A stretch of DNA of 64,000 nucleotides, from contig NW_003314271.1 in NCBI RefSeq assembly GCF_000143415.4, forward strand, positions 3,021,742 through 3,085,741, read 5' to 3'. The translations under genes were made by a program, and so were the position numbers. Below the pieces are notes generated by a model, which worked only from the letters and a program-made list of their open reading frames with translations, made no database searches and was not told where the DNA came from. The DNA is from Selaginella moellendorffii. Lineage: Eukaryota; Plantae; Lycopodiophyta. Position 1 is the first letter of the stretch. The number at the start of each line of letters is the position of its first letter. This document shows, one piece after another, positions 38,498 to 49,196 of this stretch.

Positions 38498-41400
38498 CTA
38501 ATTAGCTCCAAAAGTTTTCTGCAACTCGACAATAGTAAGGCTTGCTTGGTGTATATGAATATCCACTTTAGGATCCTGGTGCAAGATGTTGATGAAGATG
38601 TAGTACATATGGTTGCAAGGAGCATATGCCTTCCCATGTTCCTCGCGCTTCGTAAAGTCTGGACATGTGCAAGAAGGAAAGTCTTGAATAGCAATTGTGT
38701 ACTCTCCACCTTTTGTTTCGATTGTGTACTCCTTTGCGAGTGCAGTGATGTACTTCGTGGAGAGAATCTCACACTCAAGTGTTTGAGCCAAGTTTATTTT
38801 ACCTTGCTTCTGCTTGGAGACAGTACCAATAAATTTAACTGCCTTACCTTTTCGTGCTGGCCTCCTGTGCATCTCTGTAGAAATAGTCTTGGTTCTGTCA
38901 CTCATATCTCCAACTCTCTTCTCAAGATTGAAACCAGATTTCTCAAGGTTTTCAATCTCATCCGAGGTGAGCGCAACCCCATTAGCAACCGGCCATTCTT
39001 TAAGTACTGCATCAGGTTTAGTCACTATAGTGTCTTCAAGCCGCTTTGTATGGTTGACATCAGAGTTGCAGCAATATAACCAACACCATCTTGAAAATCC
39101 TGCTTGCTTTCGTTCCCCATGGAAACATGGGGCTGGAACAGAAGCAGACTTATCACCATGGATCCAAGCCCAACACTTACCCCTTGGAAGCATCCCCACA
39201 CACCTTACATTTGATTTTGCTGGCACTCAACGGATTGCCCATTGCTTCGGCTCCACACTACAATAAGCAATTTCAACCTGCTGTGATGCACTTTCTTCAT
39301 CAGCCACTTGAGGTGGTTCGGTTCTGGGGCGATGTCTTGGAGCAGAATGATACTCAACATCAGGCCTGTGAGAGCTTTTTGCTCCAAGATCCGTGCCAAC
39401 ATCTTCACCAGCAAAGGAAAATCGACGCTTTGAGTGGACGGTCTTCATATCACCAATAGAAGCCCGAGGAGTGTACTCCATAGATGTGCCGCGGACCACT
39501 TCCTCCACTGCAGTTGCCATTGTTCGTGCTGGTGGAGTCACTTTCTTCTTCATCCGATCGTGTAACATCTCAACCAAAGGTCCTGTTCCCATGTATCTTC
39601 CTTCCTCAAATGCCAAGGCTTTTGAAGACTGCTCTACAGCGTGTATCAAATCTGATAGACATGCTTCATATAGACTCATCTTCCCTTTCCCTGCCTCAGA
39701 GGAACGCCAGCTCCAATGTTTACTCTCTGAGAGATTCACAGTTGGGGTGTATGCAAGATCCTCAAGTGGTTGATCCTTATAAAAAGATGATATTAAAAAG
39801 CAATAAAAAGAGAGGAAAAAAAGAAAAACCAACCTGAAAAGAGTGATGTCCCTATTGGAACATTCTAACTTCCCACCACCCCAACCACGATTCAAGTTGT
39901 GGTAGACAACTTACGTCAGTATGGCCATCTTCACGCCACCACATTTGGATCTCATTTGCTTTTGCCTCATGCTCTTCTTCAGAAGGTGCAGCCTGCCATT
40001 GTTTGCACAACTCCTTAAATGCTAATTGGAAATCTAGCTTGATAAGGTGGTAGTGTTGGTTTAGGCTCTGAGCCCAATGGAACTCACAAGTCCTCTCACA
40101 ACCTTCTAGGGGTAGACCATTCCCAAAGACTGCCTGAACACCATTCCAATTAGCCCCAGCCCCATCTGCCATGAAACCGCGAAAGTTGGCAGGCTTACCA
40201 GTCCGCTTCAACACAATGTCGGAGAGGGACTTCCAAAATATTTCTTGAGCCATCTGGTCTTGTACTTTAAACTTTGCCGTTGCAATTGTCAAGTTACAAC
40301 GTAGCCTGTGAAAAGTGCAATGTTTAAAACCATTTTAAGATAATGAGAAAAAAAGCTACCTTGGATCATACACATGAGCTCCCATGGTTGTCCAACCTGC
40401 CACCCGCTCCATATGGTCAAAATGTACCCATGCATTAGCAAGGTCACTCGACCCAGACATATCCATTCGGGAAACAAGATCCACACTAGAGGCAGGGCCC
40501 ATGGTAGACATTTTGAAAATGAAGGGGCACTCTTGCTCACTAACGACTTGATCTGGAAATAAACTCCCATGGATAAACTCATAGGGACAAGTCCGTTTTA
40601 ATTCAAGGATTGAGTCGATTTTTGATTGGAGTTTCCCCTCTCGAGATTCACACATCCAAGACTTTATCCTAAATAAAACAAAATGTAAGAGAGATATTAT
40701 TGAAAAGTATGTAATAATATTTTCATACCTCCTGAGGCTAGTTGCAGGTTGCACATATCGTAGTAACTCCCGCAAGCTAGCCTCATCCAGTTGAGTATTC
40801 TTGCGGATCAAGTAAAGTATTTGCGATAAAATCCTTGAGCACTGTCTTCTGAACATGCTTCGGAGTTGCAGATGAGTTTCTCACAGTCTCTATCTGCACT
40901 ACATCTTTGAAATGGTTGACTGAACTCCTTTGTATCCCTTCCTGCATTGGATGTGTGTGCGTGCCAATATGTATTGCAACTCTACCAACCTCTCCATCCC
41001 GTGGAAGAAAATAGTACATCTTGGCCCCGCAGATGGCATGACACAATGGAGCATTCTTGCAAAACCGACACTTGAATCCAACACCAATGGTGTCACAAAG
41101 GGGAGGATTGGTTGCAGATCCTTCAAAAAATATGGAGTTTTTACCGCGCTCTTGATTGCATGCTTTATTCACACAATCCAAATACCCACCACAATGAACC
41201 ATGGACACTGTGCCTTCGAAATGCTGGAAATATGTGGTCTTGATCTTGCACTAGTTGTGGATATCCTGCTTCGTCTCCATCCCCTTTCGTTTTGAGCTGA
41301 CAAGAGGTGGTAGTTCAAAGAAGATATTGCCATTGTATGTAGATGGGAGCTCGCTAACAGGCCTATGCAGAAAGGAACGAACATTGATAGAGAGGCGGGA

Positions 41401-41817
41401 AAACTGGAAAGCGTTGCAAACAACTTGGAATATCAGTGAAGCTGGAGTTTGGAAATTCTTGGCTCGCACTAGACTAACATCTCCACTAGAACTAGAAGAG
41501 GAAGAAATGATGACGACCGACTCTTGCTTCACATTCACTTTAGCAGGATCACAGCCTCGCACTTTGATTGGAGATCCAAAAACTCGAATCTTTTTCGACT
41601 TGGAATGTTGCAAATCCCAATGTTGTCCACATTCACCTACACCCGAAAGAAGAAACTCTGATCGTTCAACTACACCAATGTTGTTGCGAATCACAGCTTC
41701 CAATGAAATAGAACCGAGAGAAAGATTGAAACGTCTGCAAAGAAAACTTTCTGAAATAAGAATCTGGGAGATAGAAAGCGGTGGGTGATCTTGGTAATGC
41801 AAAAGGAAGCCCTCCAT
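38498..41817 (-). pseudogene. MULE transposase: N-terminal GCM-like zinc domain, DDE core, C-terminal SWIM
   Basis: CGGYLDC..C..CRFC..C..HIGTHTHP; VHFDH, FMADGA..N..VF..CEFHW and NLSESKH; CTCPDF..PCNH. Introns 40669-40728, 40306-40359 and 39776-39833. In-frame stops at 41251, 39852 and 39227; 5-bp deletion near 40805. Confidence 0.9.
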
Positions 41818-42544
41818 TTTGTTGCCTTTAGGTTTTGGAACTCTGAACTTTTATAACGAAATGTCACCTCACATGTGCTATGCCATTATGTGAAAAGTTA
41901 GGTCGATTTTATTCTAGGATCTAACATCGAATAATGTTGTTATAATAAATTCTGTATGAAGTATATATGACTATGTTGTACAATATTAAAAGTCTATATA
42001 CATTGAATTCAAAAACATACTCAAATTTATTATATGCACTAACTTTTGGTAGAACGGAAAGAAATATCACCTCAAGCATGTGCCATAATATGAAAGATAG
42101 GAATGATTTTATTCTAGGATCTACCATCAACCAATTGTTGCCAAATAAATTAAATATTGTACATATTTTCAGTACTTCATTAAAGCTAGAAATCATCACA
42201 TTCTTCTGAACTCATTTAAATATATTCCATCTTTGTACTACCATCTATCACCTATAGTAAATTATCTATATACATTGCTTTGGAAATAACACCTTACGAT
42301 TTAATAATCTTATATTTTCTAACAATTTCGTACTGTGATCAATTCAACACATGCATCTGTGACATTATTTCACATTATGACATAGTCATATTAGAGCACA
42401 CCTCCATTATTAAATTACAATTCAAAAGGACTTTGTCACGTGACCAAATCTAGGGCGAAATAGAAATTGTACAGTGCTAGATTTATTATTATTTATTGTA
42501 CAGTGAAGATTTACTGCATCCATGATGAACGGCTGTGATGAAAG

Positions 42545-43270
42545 TTAGGTTAGGGTTAGGGCAGCCGCCGGCATTTTACAGAAAGTATCGCGGGAGATTG
42601 GGAGTGACTGCGGGAACAGAATGCCGCCAAGAGTAAGTTTTTTCTCCTCCTCCACTCCCTCTCCTCCCCGCCCAACGCCGCCGCGCCCAGTGCCCCTGCC
42701 CCAGCGCCGCCACGCCGCGCACACCACGCCATGCTCAGCACCGCCACTAGACTAGGCCTGCCGAGCGCCGCCCACTGCCATGCCACGCCCAGTGCAGCGC
42801 TGCCTGCCCAGCACCGCCACTGCCATGCCACCGCTGCCCAGCACCGCCACTGCCATGCCGCCGCTGCCGTGCCGCCGCTGCCCAGCATCGCCCACGCCAC
42901 GCCATGCCACGCCAGTGCCGCGCTGCCTAGGGCCACTGCTGCCCAGCACCGCCGCTGCCAAGTGCCCAGGCCGAGCATTTGGCTGGGCACTCCGCCTGGG
43001 CCGGCCAAGTCCACGCAGGCCGGCCAAGGCGCTTGGCCGGCAAAGGCGCCAAGTGCTTGTGGCAAATGCCCATGCTGGGCATTTGGCGCGAGCCAGCTAA
43101 GTCCAAGCACCAAGGCCAACTGCCCGTGAGCCGGCCTTGGTGCTTGGAGGCGAGCCGGTTCACCAGCGAACCGGCTCGCCTCCAAGCGCCAAGGCAAGGT
43201 TCTTGGGTAGTTGGCCTTGGTGTGGGCCGGCCAAGGTGCTTGGGGGAGGCCTGCATTGAGCCCACGCCTT
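42545..43270. promoter_or_regulatory. GC/CpG-rich island between the divergent MULE genes, with ~30-bp tandem repeats and a 28-bp-arm hairpin
   Basis: Repeats of gcccagcaccgccactgccatgcc; inverted repeat at 43134-43195; TTAGGG units at the left edge. The regulatory role is inferred from position only. Confidence 0.5.
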
Positions 43271-43497
43271 GTTCCCCTCTTCTTATGCATTTATAATTTA
43301 TAATGAGTTTTTTTTATTTTCAAAAACGGAAGCAACTATAAAAGGAGAGGGATGTTGGATCAAAGAGAAGACATGAGGAAGATGAGATTCAGGACAACAA
43401 TCAAGTTGACCTTCAGATAAAGATTTCCACAGCGACAACTCTACCGTCTTCCCAACCACATAGCTCCAGTCCACATGCACCCCCACCACCGCCATCG

Positions 43498-46400
43498 ATG
43501 CCACCACCACCATTACCACCGCCACCACCACCACCACCATTACCGCCACCGCCACCTTTACCTTCATCACCACCATTACCACCACCACTGTCATCACCAC
43601 CATTACCACCACCACCGCCACCATCATCACCACCACCAGCGCAACCATTGTCATCACTACCATTGCTGCCACAACCACAAATGCCACTACTCTTAACATA
43701 TTCACAAAATATGGCAGAAACGGAGCAATGCCCAAGTGCGCCTGATCCCGAGTCGGGGGCTAGATCTGATAATGGTGCTATTGGAGGTGTAGTTGAAGCT
43801 GAAAGAGAAGTGGAGCTACCTGAACACATTGTCGACAAGTGCTTCCAAGAGACAGTTTTGAGAACTAAAGAGAAGGCCATTCACACGACTCTGGAGTCTC
43901 TCAAGTGGGAAGGCCCGGGGCACATGATCCGAGAAATCCCACTATGTCGATTCACTCAGACAAGCATCATTCGGTCTGCTTCACCGCACTTCGTCAACAT
44001 GGACATCTATAGTCTGTACAAACAGAATGGCCTTAGGACAAACATAGGTATGTTCCTTGTTTCGGTTTTCAAGCCAGGAATGACAAATACCCTCTCGGTA
44101 TCACTGGAAATCGAGAGGGATTGGGATGACATTTGGAAAATGAAGTCCCGCGAATTTGACAACAAGCTTATGAGCCATCCTGAGACTCAACAATTTGTGG
44201 GGAAAATGTTCTACATTATCGACGGGAATCATCGCTGGTGCGCGTGGATGAAGTGCATCCGAGAATGCTTCCGAGATGATCCTGTCTATCACATCAATGT
44301 TCCGGTTGGACATATACATGCGAGAGGATCTCTAGATGTGGCAAGGCTTGTGATAGCTTGCCACAAAATTAATGCGTAAGTACCTCTCCCTCTTCAATCA
44401 CTTTTAACAATTTGTGTTTTGCAGACTGGGACAGTTTGCAGTGCAGAAACAAAGCCTAGTACATGATATCGAGCAGATCTGGTTTCTTGCCAATCTCGAC
44501 AAGGATGCAATCCGCAGCCACTATGGTGATGATTTAGCATCACTTATTCGACATCAACGAGGTCATCAAGATGCCAATAGATGGTACAAGAATCCAGTGG
44601 CTTTTATGACAGCTGTGTGGAGTAAGGTATGTTCTTTTAAGTATACTTCTTATCATAGAATGTTTGTGTTGTCTTCAGCCATTGGTGAAGGTTAAGCAAG
44701 ATGCATATGCATAGTCGCATCGAGCTGAAAATGATCAAGAACTCTCAGAGCATTTAGCTGCAATTGACAAGAAAATCAACAGCACAAAGAAGACAAAGGT
44801 AAAGAAATTACTTAGTGTGGCTGACCCTCAACACCCAAAGGAGTGGTTCGATATTATAACAGAGATTGCTTGTCATGAAAGTAAGTATTGTTTGTATTTA
44901 CATGAAGGTTCTCACAAAAGTTATTTTTTAGTGGGCAAGACTCCAGATGAGATTATTTACAACATCTCAAAGTCAAAGCTTACATATGAGGAACATACAC
45001 ATTCTGAACGACCTCAATAGCAGACTCAGGGAAGGAGAAAAAGGTTTGGACAGTATGATGGAGACTGTGATGAGGAGGACCGTCTACATTTCACAAACTG
45101 TATATGAAGGGGAGATGTTTCTAGCACCTTTCATAGGGGATGATCCTGAGCAACTTCCATTTAAGGACTTCGTCACCATTGAGCTTACAAAACTTGGAGA
45201 GGACTGGCTGCCAAAGAAGGCCACAAGCACGACTCCATTTGATAAACAACTTGGCCAACCTTACTTCATGCGTCGAGCGGCTTTTAGGTAACATACAATT
45301 TCTCAACTATACTCAATTGTTTATATTCTATTATAGGTATCTCCAATATAAAGGCGTTCCTCTCGAAACACCGGTATGCACACGCCTCCTGAGGCATGGT
45401 GTGAGAGATGGAGGCATGTACCCAACAACAATGAAGTTTCCAGCAGCAATAAAGCGCGCTTGTCCTTGGGAATTGGAGATGCCAGATTATGAACCAACCC
45501 ACCATGAGGCTGCAAGAGGCAACAATGATGACGAAGATGATGGCCATGAGAATGTCGACCCTGTTGGTGCCAATGGCAAACAGAGTGAAGATGGCGGTGA
45601 GAACGAGATTCTTTGAGACGAAGTCGAGCAAGAGAACCAGAACGTCCAAGAAGTTCTACCTCGACGAAAGCGAGCAAATCCACATCTTGAGGAATTAGTC
45701 AACAGTGATGATGATCGTCCAAGATGTCCCCGTAACCGAGGAACTTCTCGAGATATATTTCTTTTAATTCTCTCCTTTTCTTAGTTCCTCAAAATGGTTG
45801 CAGCAAAAACTGTCGGGAGTAACTTCATTCCAGCTCATCTTGATGCTCGAGAAGAGGACTTGGAGGAACTTACATCTACCACACGCCACATGACGGTATG
45901 TAAATTTTTCTTAAGTTCACATCTTATCTTTGTCTTCTCCCCCTAGATTCGCCCTGTATCTCCAGTGGCATGCCGTGGTGAAGTTGGGATCTTTATTGGC
46001 TCCTATAGTTCATTGATGGCATCTTTTGAGGAGGATGCTGAGAATATGGCTATCTGGCAAAAGTGGGAGCGCTTTTGTCAGAAGATCCATAGGCAACCGC
46101 TCAAGAGCACAAACTTCAAGCTCTTTGACATGCTAGATGGTCTTCCAGATGCTAATGGTGATGTCCCAAGCTGGAACAACCTGACTAAAGACCACTTGAA
46201 GGATGCATTCCTTTTGGCAGCAATTCTCCTTCACACAACCGGTCAAGTTGCCTTCATTCTCCCGAATGACCCCCATTGGATGTCTTGCCTTATGAGGTAT
46301 GCAAGTCGAGTCAAATTCAAGAGGTTCTCTTCCGGATGCATCATGGATAGTGTTGGGGTCGAGACCAAAGGTGTCCTAGGCATGCCAGAGAAGGTAAGAA

Positions 46401-46808
46401 ATCATTTTCTATTTTGGTTGTCTCTAAAGTTTTATTATTCAGGTTATGATGTGGACCTACCATGTGTTTTGCAGAAAAGAAAATGACGGTTTTCGTGATA
46501 GCGAGCGTGCTGCAAGGGTTTTGCCAGGGTATGATAGCTTTACTGACATCATACCAAATCTCATAGACGACGACATCCGCAACACATTGCCTGGGTATCG
46601 GTTCCGATCTCCATCGGCGATGCATATCCTACTTGATCTTTATTGCCCAACTAGGGGTGTTGTCATCGATTGCACAGCAGGTAGTGGTTCGATGGTCGAA
46701 GCAGCACGTGACTCTGGTAGATCGGTGTTTGCAATTGAAGAATATGAGTTCTTCAAACGCCGTCTTCGAGGTTTTTGTCCTTCTCTATCAGTTGCTTCTA
46801 GGAGGTAA
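43498..46808 (+). pseudogene. Multi-exon gene: Pro-rich N-terminus, ParB/Srx-like domain and C-terminal beta-class N4-C/N6-A DNA methyltransferase-like domain
   Basis: ParB-like FYIIDGNHRWCAW. MTase C-terminal motifs SPSAMHILLDLYCPTRGVVIDCTAGSGSMVEAARDSGRSVFAIE. Frame-consistent introns 44376-44424, 44627-44678, 44881-44931, 45288-45336, 45896-45946 and 46394-46442, plus one near 45750-45784. Stops at 44712 and 45614; frameshift near 44993. TATAAAAG at ~43337. Confidence 0.82.
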
Positions 46809-47232
46809 TTTATGATGTTTTAAAAGCTTATAAATAATATATATTTAGTTTTCTAGAAGTCTTCCTAGATATGCATGGCACATCATATGCAATGTGTAAA
46901 TTGAGGAGTGGTATGAAAAATCTATTTATTAATGATACATTAAAAGACAATTGAATGCAATGAGAAAGATGTGTCACATGTCAATGTGATAATGATTGTG
47001 ACACTGACAGTGTCAGTGTAGCAGATAGCGACAGTGATAGTGTCAGTGACAGAGACAGTGTCAGTGTCAGAGATGACAAAGTTACAGTGTCAATCTGTCA
47101 AATTTCATAATTACTAGTATTATCAGTTTATTATCTATAGGTAATACAATTTTGTTAATAAAAAAAAGGCGAGAGGGGGGGGGGGGGGGATGAATAATAT
47201 CATAGTGTAAGAATTATTAGTGGCTGGAATTT

Positions 47233-47781
47233 TCAGTAGGATGGCCTAAAAATACCATATTCATCACTTGTGGATGTAGGATTTACTAACGGAATATTAT
47301 TCCTCACCATGAAATGATAATGATTGTGTGTTCTTAACTCTTTCTTGATTTTCTTATACATCCATTTATGCACACCTTCCACACCAGTTCTTGGGCAGTT
47401 GTGACAGTGTTCTAGAAAAGTTTCTAGACCCATACAACCTTTCGTTTTATCTAAATAAAAGTAGCAGATGGGACACTGGAGATAATATGTGTTCATTTTT
47501 TCAAAAGTTTCAACCATATCGGGAGCAAGATCTTGAAGAAACATCTGGCATCGCTCTTGAAGCACATGAGGCAATCCATCTTTAGTAGCAACATCTAGAA
47601 CATTATCTGGAAGAGGGATCTCTTGTTCAGTCACACTTGGGGCTACAAAAGAAAAAGCCTCACAACGATTGATGTATGGAGGGAACGGTGGAATGTTGGT
47701 AGAAGTTGGAGATGGAGGTGGAGACTCATATGAAATGCATGGGGGCCAAGTGTGAGTAGCAATAGCATTTTCCCTAGCCAT
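47233..47781 (-). CDS. Small zinc-finger protein (CxxC..H..H, zf-XS-like), paralog 1
   Basis: Open 182-aa frame containing LQCPIC..GLETFLEHC..VHKWMYKKIKKEL. TATAAATA ~50 bp upstream on the minus strand. Confidence 0.7.
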   Translation of the reverse strand: MARENAIATHTWPPCISYESPPPSPTSTNIPPFPPYINRCEAFSFVAPSVTEQEIPLPDNVLDVATKDGLPHVLQERCQMFLQDLAPDMVETFEKMNTYYLQCPICYFYLDKTKGCMGLETFLEHCHNCPRTGVEGVHKWMYKKIKKELRTHNHYHFMVRNNIPLVNPTSTSDEYGIFRPSY

Positions 47782-48039
47782 TCCTACACTCTAAACAAAC
47801 TGAAATTTCAATGTTGAAAGCATCCCTTGTTGGTATTTATACTAAGAAAAGATCTAGGGGTTCTTGAAAGTGTAAATTGTCAGTCTTAAAAATGGGACTT
47901 CAAAATTATAACAGTGTCAGGACCACTTGTATATATAATAATATCTTTATATATGCTAGAATAATATCATTCTCGAAAATATAAGATTCTCCACTTTACT
48001 CATAAAGAATTAACCTTTTGAAAAAACTATGCATGACTT

Positions 48040-48606
48040 TCACATTACATTAAAGGGTGGCCTAAATATCCCATATTCAGCACTTACTGATGCAGTGTTC
48101 ACCAATGGAATATTATTCTCCACCATGAAATCATAATAGCTGTGTGTTTTTAATTTTTTCTTGATTTTCTTATACATCCACGCATGCACACCTTCCAAAC
48201 CCGCTCTTAGGCATTTGCGACAATGCTCAATAAAATTTACCAAACCCATGCAACCATCTGTCTTGTTTAAATAAAAGTTGCATATAGGACACTGAAGATA
48301 ATATGTATCTACATTAAGCTCCCCTGCCATATCTGGAGCAAGATCTTGAAGAAAATATTGACATCGCTCTTGAAGCATTGGAGGCAATCCAACTTTTTTA
48401 ACAACATCATAAGGAAGGAGTTTTTGTTCAGTTGCACTCGAGGTCGCAAATGGAAGAGCCTCACAACAACCCTCAAAATGAAAAGGAGGATTGTTGCGTA
48501 GAGGTGAAGGTGGATTATTAGTTGAGATTGGAAATGGAGGTGGAGACTCATATGAGAGGCCTTCGGGACCAAAAGTAAACTTCTTCCTAACTATTGCAAC
48601 ACACAA
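48040..48606 (-). CDS. Small zinc-finger protein (zf-XS-like), paralog 2; true start uncertain
   Basis: Roughly two-thirds identical to paralog 1 over the C-terminal ~110 aa. The frame opens on a non-ATG codon, so a 5' exon is possible. Confidence 0.65.
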   Translation of the reverse strand: MCVAIVRKKFTFGPEGLSYESPPPFPISTNNPPSPLRNNPPFHFEGCCEALPFATSSATEQKLLPYDVVKKVGLPPMLQERCQYFLQDLAPDMAGELNVDTYYLQCPICNFYLNKTDGCMGLVNFIEHCRKCLRAGLEGVHAWMYKKIKKKLKTHSYYDFMVENNIPLVNTASVSAEYGIFRPPFNVM

Positions 48607-49127
48607 GAAGAATTAAACTTCCTAGCAATAAGAATTCTCTCATTAATATACTATATTTCAATCTCGGGAATGATGTTTTATTATGACATGACACTATAGT
48701 GAATGATAATTGTCAGTCTTAGTAATTACAACCTACTATGAGAAACAAGTGGCTATAGGGTTTCAGAAGTTAAAAACTAGCATATAATTAATATGTAGCC
48801 TTATTTTATATAGTTGGCCTGCCATATATAATAATAACGAATATACACAGGCATGCGAGTATGCCTTTTTGCAAGATTACCTTTCAATCCCAAAATCATA
48901 TATAGATTTAATTCTTTGATTTGTCTACATCATATATCTTTGCAAAGACAAAACATATCAAAAGGAATAAGATATATATAAAAAACTTACATTTTTTTAT
49001 AATATTTTAGTGGATTACAAAAGCCATTGAAAGGTTTATAGAGTGGATTTATTAGTGCTTTCTGCTGTGCTGTCCATTTCTTCTTTTCTCTTGCTCTGGA
49101 TTGTTGTTTCAGAAGTAACAGGAGCAT

Positions 49128-49196
49128 TTTTATCAATTATTGATAAAATAATGTGGAGACCATTGTCACTATTATAGTGACAATGGTCTCCACATT
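49128..49196. repeat. Two adjacent perfect palindromes (10-bp arms at 49128-49148; 23-bp arms at 49150-49196)
   Basis: ttttatcaat-t-attgataaaa and aatgtggagaccattgtcactat-t-atagtgacaatggtctccacatt. Confidence 0.95.

Noticed and set aside
42545-42561. Telomere or healed chromosome end
   Set aside because: Only about three units, internal to a transposon; at most a telo-box-like motif.
42556-43296. GC-rich ORFs on both strands
   Set aside because: Low-complexity translations of the repeat island with no domain motifs.
43298-43880. Val-, Gly- and His-rich ORFs
   Set aside because: Alternative frames of the poly-proline (CCA)n tract of the ParB-MTase gene.
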